54,436 bases of DNA, from contig JACPAM010000112.1 in assembly GCA_016180805.1 (NCBI GenBank), positions 1 through 54,436 on the forward strand, given 5' to 3'. A program made the translations under genes and the position numbers. This DNA comes from Deltaproteobacteria bacterium. GTDB taxonomy: Bacteria > Desulfobacterota > Binatia > UBA9968. Every line of letters starts with the position of its first letter. Position 1 is the stretch's first letter. The notes under the pieces are model-generated. The model did no database searches. It was not told the origin of the DNA and saw only the letters and a program-made list of their open reading frames with translations. This document shows positions 1 to 7,874 of this stretch, piece by piece.

Positions 1-1
1 C

Positions 2-565
2 CCATCGGCCCTGGAGGCGGCGCGCTCGTTGGGGGCAAACATAGCGCCTTCGTCGAAGGCGGTCGCACAAGCATCCACCATCATCGACGTCGTGGTGCGC
101 ACCGACCAGGAGGTGATGGATTGCACGATGGGTAAGGATGGTATTCTGGATGGAGCCGCAGCCGGCACCCTGGTGCTGCTCCACAGCACGATCCTTCCGG
201 ACACCACCAAGAAGGTGGCCGAAGCCGCTCGCCAACGGAATGTCCACGTGATCGATGCATGCATGACTTCGGTGCCGAGGGTTGTGCGCCAGGGAGGGCT
301 GACCTTTCTCGTTGGCGGACCCGCGGAGCTGGTAGAGCGAGCGAGACCGCACCTCCTCAACATGGCGAAAGAGGTGATGCATATGGGACCTCTGGGAGCC
401 GGGAATATGGCGAAGCTGATCAAGAACTTGGTCATGGCGTCGGAGGCGCTCATCGTCCACTCGGGCGGCGATTGGGCGTTGAAATTCCGATCACGGAGCA
501 ACTCGCGGCCGCGGGGCTGCGTTTGGTCGGGTCGAAAGGCTGAAAGCGTCGCTGACCGCATTTAA
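2..565 (+). pseudogene. beta-hydroxyacid (3-hydroxyisobutyrate/6-phosphogluconate-like) dehydrogenase, 5' partial and internally deleted
   Basis: The frame is open to the window edge. GTLVLLHSTILP, VIDACMTSVPRVVRQGGLTFLVGGP and GPLGAGNMAKLIKN fit this family. After SEALIVH the match stops, and the family C-terminus (RRLGVEIPITEQLAAAGL) continues in another frame. This indicates an internal deletion plus frameshift. Confidence 0.55.
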
Positions 566-841
566 ACGGGCTCAGGCAAACCAGACTTTAAATGAGATAA
601 CCTCTGAAACTATTGAAGAAAACAACGACAACTATCACTTTGATTTCCTCTTAGTTCTTCTGCTTGCTTAGAGACCGTTTCGTAGTAAAAGCGACCTATT
701 TTTTTCTCGCCTTGTGCTTATTGCCTTTTGGCTTCGTCAAAAAAGCGCTTGTCAGCGAACCGCTCCTTCGCATAAAATCGTTGGAAAATTAGGGGAATAG
801 TAGACCGACCTGGTCGTAGATTGCGGCCACAAGGAACCTTC

Positions 842-904
842 ATGGCAAAGGTTAAGAAGAGCGATCAGAAAAAGACGAGCAACGGCGCTAACGTCGGCTA
901 CGAC
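842..904 (+). pseudogene. hsdM: type I R-M methylase hsdM 5' stub (about 21 codons)
   Basis: MAKVKKSDQKKTSNGANVGYD resembles the usual HsdM N-terminus (..ANLGFE..). The homology ends abruptly just before a palindromic repeat. Confidence 0.3.
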
Positions 905-975
905 TTAAGTACATCTCCTTTATTGATTTTGACCCGGTACACCGCAACATCGAGCGGCGAACGGGCCAAAATCAA

Positions 976-1031
976 CCCTCACCCGCCGCGTCGTGTTACC
1001 CTCTCCCACTGGGAGAGGGCCAGGGTGAGGG
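976..1031. repeat. nested palindromic REP-like element
   Basis: ccctcaccc (976-984) pairs with gggtgaggg (1023-1031). Inside it is a perfect hairpin, ccctctccc act gggagaggg (999-1019). Only one copy is present in the window. Confidence 0.5.
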
Positions 1032-1035
1032 ATCG

Positions 1036-1728
1036 GTCGACGAACTCGACCGATTGTTCCCCGACCGTTTCGAGGACTCCGAGCTTGGCGAGATTCCTGC
1101 GGGGTAGGAGGCAGTCGCATTGCCTGAGGCAATCGAGGTCAACCCTCCACGTTCACTGAAGAAAGGCCAAGTCGCGCCCTATCTTGATATGGCAAATATG
1201 CCTACCCGAGGCCACTCCCCTGACGTGCTGGTCGAGCGTCCCTTTGGGTCCGGAATGCGCTTCATCAACGGCGATACCTTGGTGGCCCGAATCACACCAT
1301 GTCTTGAGAACGGAAAGACCACCTTCGTCGATTTCCTGGAAAAGGGTCAGATCGGTTGGGGATCGACTGAATACATCGTGCTTCGACCAAAGCCACCAAT
1401 CCCGGAAGAGTTTGCGTACTGCTTGGCGCGCAGCGACGAATTCCGGGAGTTCGCGATTCAGAGTATGACAGGGACCAGCGGCCGGCAACGGGTGCCACCG
1501 GAGGCTCTGTCGCATTTCCTAACCAGCCTTCCGGCCAAAGATGTGGCGGAGCTGTTTGAGCGGCTCGTGAAACCGTTGTTCGCTCGGAGTCATGCTGTCA
1601 TGGACGAATCCCGCACTCTCGCTTCCCTGCGCGACGCGCTGTTGCCGAAGCTGATTTCGGGCGAGATTCGGGTGAAAAAAGAGAAAGAGCGGTCTCTGTC
1701 GGAGGCTCGGTATGGCGTTCCGGGTTGA
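1036..1728 (+). pseudogene. hsdS: type I R-M specificity subunit HsdS remnant (one target-recognition domain plus C-terminal conserved helix)
   Basis: Reads VDELDRLFPDRFEDSELGEIPAG, then an in-frame TAG (1105-1107) where Trp is expected. It continues through FINGDTLVARITPCLENGKT and GSTEYIVLRP, ending LRDALLPKLISGEIRV. The first TRD is missing. Confidence 0.7.
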
Positions 1729-2944
1729 TGCTCTTTTCTGGCAGCACGACCTGGCCTCAATGCTGAGACAGCTCGAAGAGAAGTTGTTTCAACAAATCGA
1801 TGCAATTGAGCGAAGCCAGCTTCTCAGTACCAGCGTGGAGGATTGGTCTGACTATTTTGAGCAGCAATTCAAAATTGACGGACCTCAGTTAAAGAAGGAT
1901 CAAATACAGGTGGATCAAGACGAGATCAACATCGATGTCAGCCAGGACCCTACTCGTGTCATCTCTGACAGAACCCAACCATTCTATATTAGGGGAACAC
2001 GGATTGTATTTTTAGTCCCATTTGACGGAGATCAGGAACTGTTCAAATACAGACCGTCCACCCATACGTTGAGTCCTCCTTTCGGAACAGCCAATGACGG
2101 TGTTCTGGTCCTAAGCTATACGCGAACCGATCATGATGCAGAGGCCGTCAAGGCAGCCTTTGAAAAAGACATCTCGGAAATCGAAAAGTACCTAGTATGG
2201 ATTGCGCAAGATATAAAACCGTTTAACGATTCGCTCCGAGCCAAGATTCGGGACCGGATCGAAGCTCGTCGAGATAAAGTTCTTAAAGATCAGGGCTCGG
2301 CGGCTGCCCTGGGTTTCCCACTCAGGCGACGACAGGACGCCCCAGAGACATATGTTGCTCCAACAGTTCGAAGAAAAGCAAAGTTACGTCCGCCATCTGC
2401 CTCGGCAACTCCATTCGTTCCCGAGCCGACCTTGGATCTGCAAGAGTACGAGCACATTCTGTCTGTAATTTCTAATATGGTCCGCGTCATGGAGAGAAGC
2501 CCTAATGCCTTCCGGGGAATGGAGGAAGAAGATGTAAGGCAACATTTTCTAGTTCAACTTAACGGGCAGTATGAAGGCCAGGCCACAGGGGAAACCTTCA
2601 ATTTTGAGGGGAAGACCGACATTCTGATTCGCGTTAATGGGAAGAATATTTTTATAGCCGAGTGTATGTTCTGGCGCGGACCGGAATCCTTGAAGAAAAA
2701 GATAGATCAACTGCTCGGATATACGTCGTGGCGGGATACCAAAGTTGCGATACTGATATTTAACAGAGAGAAGAATTTTTCCGCTGTGGTGAACAAAATT
2801 CCACAGGTAGTCGAGTCTCACCCCAACTTCAAGCGTCGGCTCCCTTACACGTCAGAAACAGGATTTCGCTTTGTTCTCCATCATAGGGACGATAAAAACC
2901 GCGAGTTGATGTTAACCGTTCTTGCGTTTGAGGTCCCAGCGTGA
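1712..2944 (+). CDS. orphan 410-aa protein with a PD-(D/E)xK-like C-terminal segment; candidate R-M-linked defence cargo
   Basis: Long ORF that is clearly more A/T-rich than its surroundings. Its start overlaps the hsdS end, and its stop overlaps the GTG of an hsdR start (GTGA). The C-terminus reads GKTDILIRVNGKNIFIAECMFWRG. Confidence 0.6.
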   Translation: MAFRVDALFWQHDLASMLRQLEEKLFQQIDAIERSQLLSTSVEDWSDYFEQQFKIDGPQLKKDQIQVDQDEINIDVSQDPTRVISDRTQPFYIRGTRIVFLVPFDGDQELFKYRPSTHTLSPPFGTANDGVLVLSYTRTDHDAEAVKAAFEKDISEIEKYLVWIAQDIKPFNDSLRAKIRDRIEARRDKVLKDQGSAAALGFPLRRRQDAPETYVAPTVRRKAKLRPPSASATPFVPEPTLDLQEYEHILSVISNMVRVMERSPNAFRGMEEEDVRQHFLVQLNGQYEGQATGETFNFEGKTDILIRVNGKNIFIAECMFWRGPESLKKKIDQLLGYTSWRDTKVAILIFNREKNFSAVVNKIPQVVESHPNFKRRLPYTSETGFRFVLHHRDDKNRELMLTVLAFEVPA

Positions 2945-3132
2945 GCAACCGGTTCGCCGAATCCGTCGTCGAAGATGCCGCGCTCGCTTGGCTGGAGAGC
3001 GTCGGCTACGGGGTCAAGCACCTGCCTGCGCCGCAAAATGACACGACGCGGCAGGCAGGCGGACCGGAGATGGTGCCGGGAGAACTTCTGACAGAACGAA
3101 CGGACTACGGCGAAGTGGTTCCGGGGGACTGA
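2941..3132 (+). pseudogene. hsdR: type I restriction enzyme HsdR N-terminal fragment (copy 1)
   Basis: [25 protein letters not shown] ... LTERTDYGEVV is a typical HsdR N-terminus. It is truncated after about 63 codons. Confidence 0.55.
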
Positions 3133-3144
3133 GGGCGGCAGTTA

Positions 3145-3270
3145 GTGCAAAAAATGCAACAAGTCAACGGAAAGGCAATGTGCAAAAAATGCATATTGCT
3201 TCTTCGAGCGGACGGACCACGGTCGGGGGTGTTGCCCGGATCGTGGATGCGAACTGTTGCAAAAAATGCC
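3145..3270. promoter_or_regulatory. three copies of the motif TGCAAAAAATGC upstream of the RhuM/Fic gene
   Basis: gtgcaaaaaatgca occurs at 3145-3158 and 3180-3193, and ttgcaaaaaatgcc at 3257-3270. They lie in an otherwise non-coding stretch. Confidence 0.35.
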
Positions 3271-3467
3271 AGTTCAGGTGGGCAAACTTGGGTCGGGGAA
3301 CTGTTTCCGAAAAGGAAATAGTTCGAGTTGCTGGTGGTTGAAGCGTGAAAAGGCGATCAACAATCGAGGATTACTCGGTGGTTCAAAGGGAGGCCAAGTC
3401 ACGCGTGGCTCGACGTAAAAGGAAAAGGCCGAGGAATCTCCGCTCTAGGCAGAAACCTCCAGTGGCC

Positions 3468-4318
3468 ATGACTCAAAGCTCGATAAACGGTGGCGGGGAA
3501 GTCGTCCTTTACGAGGCTCCTGACGGTCAAATCCGTCTCGATGTCCGATTGGAGCAGGAAAGCGTTTGGCTGACCCAAGCGCAGATGGCGGAGCTCTTCG
3601 GACGTGAGCGGTCGGTCATCACCAAGCACTTACGAAGTGTGTTTCGGGAAGGCGAACTGGAGCCTAGCTCAGTATGTGCAAAATTTGCACATACTGCCGA
3701 GGACGGCAAAACCTACCAGGTCGAGCACTACAATCTCGATCTCGTCATATCCGTGGGCTATCGCGTAAAGTCGAAGCGCGGCACCCAGTTCCGTATCTGG
3801 GCGACCCGGACGCTGAAAGATCACTTGCTCCGCGGCTACACGCTAAACGAAAAGCGGCTCCGCGAGAAGGGCCTTGGGGAGATCGAGCAAGCGGTGGGCC
3901 TACTAACTCGAACACTCACCCACCACGCGCTCGTCACCGATGAGGGTCGGGCAGTGCTGGAGGTCGTGCAGCAATACACCCGTGCTTGGCGGCTGCTGTT
4001 TGAATACGATGAAGGGGCGCTATTGTACAGACCTTTGACGGCAAGCCGTTGTATCCTAGCGTCCAGGCTCGGGCCGCTCACCTGCTTTACTTCGTCATCA
4101 AAGATCACCCGTTCGCCGACGGCAACAAGCGCATCGGCACGTTGCTGTTCCTGGAATATTTGCGGCGCAATCGTCTTCTCGTCCGACCCGATGGCACACC
4201 GCGGCTCGCGGACAATGCGATGGTCGCGCTAGCGCTTCTAGTGGCTGAAAGCGAGGCCGCTCAAAAGGACCTTATGATCCGGCTCATACTTAATCTCCTG
4301 GAAGATGGCAGCGCATGA
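3468..4318 (+). pseudogene. RhuM-family N-terminal domain fused to a Fic/DOC domain; frameshifted, probably internally deleted
   Basis: The N-terminal part reads VVLYEAPDGQIRLDVRLEQESVWLTQAQMAELFGRERSVITKHL ... FRIWATRTLKDHL (RhuM-like). The frame breaks near 4020-4045. The second frame carries YPSVQARAAHLLYFVIKDHPFADGNKRIG (Fic motif HPFxxGNKR). Confidence 0.65.
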
Positions 4319-4380
4319 GCGGGCACGGCTTCACCGAATCCGTCGTCGAAGGCGCGCCCTTCGCCTGGTCTTGGATGGGT
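4315..4380 (+). pseudogene. hsdR: HsdR N-terminal fragment (copy 2)
   Basis: The ATG overlaps the Fic stop (ATGA). It reads [18 protein letters not shown], and the nucleotide core ttcaccgaatccgtcgtcgaag is shared with copies 1 and 3. Confidence 0.4.
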
Positions 4381-4497
4381 TTGAGACAGGTTCCGGGAAC
4401 GAAGTACGAGTACCTTCAATCGCGGTGGAGGTCGAGACTGACTTTTTTAGCAGGCGATTCCGCAACAAGCAGCTAAAGGCCGATCGACCGAGGAACA

Positions 4498-4853
4498 TGA
4501 CAACTTTCACCGAATCCGTCGTCGAAGATGCCGCGCTCGCCTGGCTGCAGGGTCTCCGCTATGCGGTCAAGTCCGAGGAGGAACTGGCCTTTTACGATGC
4601 GCTTGAGACCAACGACAGCGCGGTTAAGGTGCTGGGGGATGAAACGCTACGCACCATCGCGCGGGAAGTAGCGGCTTCCGTCCGCAACAACGTCACCATT
4701 GACTGGACCCTACGTGAAAACGTTCGCGCCCAGCTCCGCGTGATCGTAAAGCGAATCCTTCGCAAGTACGGCTACCCTCCAGATAAACAGGAGAAGGCGA
4801 CACTGACAGTTTTGGAGCAGGTGGAGTTGCTGGGATGGGAAGTAGCTGCTTAA
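4498..4853 (+). pseudogene. hsdR: HsdR deletion derivative: N-terminal about 20 aa joined to the C-terminal about 95 aa
   Basis: [20 protein letters not shown] is followed directly by [25 protein letters not shown] ... [32 protein letters not shown], the conserved HsdR C-terminal domain. The helicase/nuclease core is absent. Confidence 0.6.
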
Positions 4854-4980
4854 TAAAGAGACTAACGCTCTAATGAACGCGTTGACGGGAAGGAGCGAAG
4901 GGGTTGTCGGCAGCCCGCCTGACCATTCAACCCGAGATACCTGCCCATTGCTTGACAAGATCACGGGGCTGGCAGAGGGT

Positions 4981-5009
4981 TTGACAACCTGGTAGGCTTT
5001 TCATAAGGT
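4981..5009 (+). promoter_or_regulatory. sigma70-like promoter for the 5018 module
   Basis: TTGACA (4981-4986), a 17-nt spacer, then TAAGGT (5004-5009). The ATG at 5018 would sit at or next to the transcription start, giving a near-leaderless mRNA. Confidence 0.3.
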
Positions 5010-5017
5010 TAAAACCG

Positions 5018-5254
5018 ATGCTGGAGAAGGAGTTCAAATACTTCAAAGACCACCAGGAAGAGCTGGTTAAAAAGCACGAGGGGAAGTACCTTGTCATCGT
5101 GGGCGAAGAAGTTGTAGGGGTCTATGACGCCGAGATCGATGCCTACGTAGAGGCGAAGAAACGTTACAAACCCGGAACTTTCCTTATCCAGCATTGCTTA
5201 CCCGGAGAGAGCGCCTATACCCAGACCTTCTACTCTAGGGTCATTTTCGGTTAA
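5018..5254 (+). CDS. small 78-aa partner protein of the retropepsin-like protease (module 1)
   Basis: Shares the pattern GK[YF]hhI..xxhVGhYD...A with the small ORFs at 49847 and 50939. It lies 12 nt upstream of the protease gene. Confidence 0.6.
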   Translation: MLEKEFKYFKDHQEELVKKHEGKYLVIVGEEVVGVYDAEIDAYVEAKKRYKPGTFLIQHCLPGESAYTQTFYSRVIFG

Positions 5255-5266
5255 CACCCTCCTCCC

Positions 5267-5839
5267 GTGAAATTGCAAAGGAACCCTGTCCATGGCTTTA
5301 CCTCCAAGGCCAACGGGCTGGTGAGGGAGTTAAAAAACGACATTTTTGTCAGCGAGGCCTACAAGCCCGAGGCAGGCGTCCCTCCACCGCCCCGGGAAAA
5401 ATTCGTTTGCCTATGGGATACCGGCGCTACCAATACCGTTATTACGAAAAAGGTAGTCGACGGCCTGAACCTCAAACCGAGCGGCCGTACCGTTGTCCGG
5501 ACAGTAGGGCAGGGAAGCGACTTCAATGAATACGAGGTGAACACCTACCTGGTGAATCTTTTTCTCCCCAATAACGTTGTCGTCGCTGCCGTGCCTGTTT
5601 CGGAAGGAGGGATCGCCGGAGGGGACATCTTGATCGGCATGGACATTATTGCCATGGGCGACTTTGCCATCACCAACTGTGATGGGCGGTCATGTTGGAC
5701 CTTTCGGATCCCCTCAGTAGAAGAGATCGATTTTGTTCAGGAGATCCAGGAGCACAATAGGAAATATCGCCATCTTCTAGTTTCCCCGGAAGAAAAGCAG
5801 AAACTTAGGAACAAAGAGAAAAGGGAGAGGCGGCGTTAA
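5267..5839 (+). CDS. retropepsin-like (clan AA) aspartic protease, module 1
   Basis: CLWDTGATNTVI (DTGA catalytic motif) and DILIGMDII (hydrophobic-Gly motif). The C-terminal tail is Lys/Arg/Glu-rich. Confidence 0.7.
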   Translation: MKLQRNPVHGFTSKANGLVRELKNDIFVSEAYKPEAGVPPPPREKFVCLWDTGATNTVITKKVVDGLNLKPSGRTVVRTVGQGSDFNEYEVNTYLVNLFLPNNVVVAAVPVSEGGIAGGDILIGMDIIAMGDFAITNCDGRSCWTFRIPSVEEIDFVQEIQEHNRKYRHLLVSPEEKQKLRNKEKRERRR

Positions 5840-5840
5840 G

Positions 5841-5960
5841 GATGGGGAGAACATCAAGAAAGTCGCTGAAGAGGCAGGTATTTCCGTGGTCACCCTCGAG
5901 CGCCATTACGGCCGCTGGATGGATCCCAAAAGTGAAACCTCAAGTCAAACCTTTTTTGCC
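5841..5960 (+). pseudogene. tyrosine-recombinase (integrase) C-terminal stub
   Basis: GENIKKVAEEAGISVVTLERHYGRWMDP resembles the last helix and catalytic-Tyr segment of phage-type integrases. It lies directly beside the 3' end of tRNA-Glu. Confidence 0.4.
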
Positions 5961-6000
5961 GAAAAACAAAAACCATCACGATCTCGCCCGGTTAGGCTAA

Positions 6001-6075
6001 CGTCCCCGACGGGATTTGAACCCGTGTTGCCGGCGTGAAAGGCCGGTGTCCTGGGCCAGGCTAGACGACGGGGAC
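6001..6075 (-). tRNA. tRNA-Glu (anticodon TTC)
   Basis: GTCCCCGTCGTCTAGCCTGGCCCAGGACACCGGCCTTTCACGCCGGCAACACGGGTTCAAATCCCGTCGGGGACG folds as a cloverleaf. The anticodon loop is CTTTCAC. Confidence 0.95.
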
Positions 6076-6079
6076 ATGA

Positions 6080-6152
6080 TGAGCCGTGCTGGACTCGAAC
6101 CAGCGACCCTCTGCTTAAAAGGCAGATGCTCTACCGCCTGAGCTAACGGCTC
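6080..6152 (-). tRNA. tRNA-Lys (anticodon TTT)
   Basis: GAGCCGTTAGCTCAGGCGGTAGAGCATCTGCCTTTTAAGCAGAGGGTCGCTGGTTCGAGTCCAGCACGGCTCA. The anticodon loop is CTTTTAA. Confidence 0.95.
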
Positions 6153-6176
6153 GCTGCGAGCGGACTAAACTTCCTA

Positions 6177-6205
6177 CTAATAACGGGATTGGCTCTCTAA
6201 GTCAA
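6177..6205 (-). promoter_or_regulatory. sigma70-like promoter for the tRNA-Lys/tRNA-Glu pair
   Basis: On the minus strand: TTGACT, a 17-nt spacer, then TATTAG, about 25 nt upstream of tRNA-Lys. Confidence 0.4.
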
Positions 6206-6306
6206 CGAACGGCATCGGCAAACCCGCTCCGGGAGAAGGCGAGGGAGGGAAATCCCACACCTTATCGTCGTAGCAATACGTGGGCCAACAAGAACTCGCA
6301 CAGTCC

Positions 6307-6335
6307 TTGCAATCATTGCGGGAACCGACTAATAA
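6307..6335 (+). promoter_or_regulatory. sigma70-like promoter for tRNA-Arg
   Basis: TTGCAA (6307-6312), a 17-nt spacer, then TAATAA (6330-6335). The tRNA starts at 6347. Confidence 0.4.
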
Positions 6336-6346
6336 CAGGGAACGAG

Positions 6347-6419
6347 GCCCCCGTAGCTCAGAGGATAGAGCACAGGATTCCTAATCCTGGGGTCGTGAGT
6401 TCGAATCTCGCCGGGGGCA
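6347..6419 (+). tRNA. tRNA-Arg (anticodon CCT)
   Basis: GCCCCCGTAGCTCAGAGGATAGAGCACAGGATTCCTAATCCTGGGGTCGTGAGTTCGAATCTCGCCGGGGGCA. The anticodon loop is TTCCTAA. Confidence 0.95.
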
Positions 6420-6434
6420 TTCCCTTCGGGATTG

Positions 6435-6474
6435 CAAATTGCAGATCTCAAATTGCAAATCTGAAATTTGAGAT
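6435..6474. repeat. tandem 14-bp direct repeat plus inverted repeat between tRNA-Arg and the next gene
   Basis: caaattgcagatct (6435-6448) is followed by caaattgcaaatct (6449-6462). agatctcaaatt pairs with aaatttgagat. Confidence 0.4.
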
Positions 6475-6493
6475 TATAAAAGAGATCCAGGAG

Positions 6494-7192
6494 ATGGTGC
6501 GACGCAAGCACTCCAAGGATCATCCGATCATTGAAATGATCGAAAGAGGGCAGTTGAGCCGTGATCAGCTCAAGGGATTCGTTGGGCAGTTTTATCTTTT
6601 TTTCCCCAAGCCTTTTCCCAAGCCCATCGCAGCCATGTTGGCTCGTTGCCCCGATGATCCTGACCTGGAGCGAATGTGGATCGACAATGTGGTCGAAGAG
6701 GGTACGGGGGAAATCACCGGGACCGACAGCCATAAGGGACTTTACATCCGCTTCGCTGAGGCATGTGGTTACACGAAAAAGGAGCTGGACCGAGTACAAC
6801 CGCTTCCGGAAACCCAAGCGTTCCTCGATTGGCGCGAGCTTCTTTGCTATCAGCGCTCATGGTTGGAGCTTTACGCCAGTCAGGGGTTTTGCCTGGAAGG
6901 AACTGCGAGCGAGCGAATGACGAGGATCGTCAATGGCTTGACCCAACACTACGGCTTCGATCGCAACTCCGAAGAGATTCGCTACTGGACGCTTCATATG
7001 GGAGTCGATGAGGAGCATATGAAGGTCGGTCCGCTGGCAGTGGAGCGGTATGCGGTGACCGATGAGCAGCAGGATTTAGTCCGGCGCGCCGTGCACAAGA
7101 CGCTCGATCAGTTCTGGCTCGCCTACGACGGCATCAAGCGCGCGTTCGTGGATAAAGATCCGCTTTATGCCCGGTGGCGAAACGGCCGGTAG
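6494..7192 (+). CDS. haem-oxygenase-like (TenA/PqqC-type, possibly di-iron) redox enzyme family protein
   Basis: MVRRKHSKDHPIIEMIERGQLSRDQLKGFVGQFY ... VVEEGTGEITGTDSHKGLYIRFAEA ... LEGTASERM ... HMGVDEEHMKVG shows family-typical helices with E/H ligand-like positions. The start was placed at the first ATG after the tRNA. Confidence 0.7.
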   Translation: MVRRKHSKDHPIIEMIERGQLSRDQLKGFVGQFYLFFPKPFPKPIAAMLARCPDDPDLERMWIDNVVEEGTGEITGTDSHKGLYIRFAEACGYTKKELDRVQPLPETQAFLDWRELLCYQRSWLELYASQGFCLEGTASERMTRIVNGLTQHYGFDRNSEEIRYWTLHMGVDEEHMKVGPLAVERYAVTDEQQDLVRRAVHKTLDQFWLAYDGIKRAFVDKDPLYARWRNGR

Positions 7193-7208
7193 GGAGGAGG
7201 AAATTTGC

Positions 7209-7865
7209 ATGGAAATGGTCGACCTCTCGCGCGTGATCTATAACGGAATGCCGAAAATCCCGATCCTTCCCGAGGTCCAGGTAGGACGGTGCTTCAGTCT
7301 GGATAAGGGAGCGCCGCTCAACGTCACGCAGATATCGCTGGCCTGCCATGCCGGGACGCACGTCGACGCGCCGATCCATATCGTCCCGAACGGTAAATCG
7401 ATCGAGGAGCTTTCGCTGGACGCCTTCGTCGGTCCCGGAGCGGTGATCCCGGTGAAAAAGAAGGGTGGGGAGGAGGTTACGGCGAAGGATTTGCAGGGCT
7501 CGGGCGTCGCGGTGAACCGCGGCGATATTTTGATGCTGTGCACGGGCTGGGACGAAAAATTCGACTCCCCCGACTACAACCTGCATCCCTATCTCTCCGT
7601 GGATGCGGCCGAGTGGATGGTCGAGAAAGAAATCAAGCTTTTCGGCATCGACTGCATTACGGTCGATCTTCCCACGCCGCTTCGGCCGAAGGGGTTCGAT
7701 TTCCCCGTCCACCGAAAACTCCTTGGGAATGGAGTCCTTATAGCCGAGAACGTGGCCAATCTCGGGCGGATCGTGGGGAAGAAGACCAGGATCATGGCCT
7801 TTCCTCTCCGGGTCAAGGGAAGCGATGCCGGGCATGCCCGAATCGTCGCGGAGATTCTCAACTAG
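7209..7865 (+). CDS. putative cyclase / kynurenine-formamidase-like metal hydrolase
   Basis: ISLACHAGTHVDAPIH and GDILMLCTGWDEKF ... LFGIDCITVD match the cyclase family. Confidence 0.8.
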   Translation: MEMVDLSRVIYNGMPKIPILPEVQVGRCFSLDKGAPLNVTQISLACHAGTHVDAPIHIVPNGKSIEELSLDAFVGPGAVIPVKKKGGEEVTAKDLQGSGVAVNRGDILMLCTGWDEKFDSPDYNLHPYLSVDAAEWMVEKEIKLFGIDCITVDLPTPLRPKGFDFPVHRKLLGNGVLIAENVANLGRIVGKKTRIMAFPLRVKGSDAGHARIVAEILN

Positions 7866-7874
7866 GGGATTGCC

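Noticed and set aside
821-1159. 112-aa ORF spanning the hsdM stub, the palindromic element and the hsdS remnant
   Set aside because: It is a chimeric frame stitched across unrelated fragments. Only the first about 21 codons (hsdM-like) have any homology.
6329-6817. 162-aa minus-strand ORF, and the 5' extension (6395-6493) of the plus-strand ORF
   Set aside because: Both run through tRNA-Arg (6347-6419). The real CDS is taken from ATG 6494.
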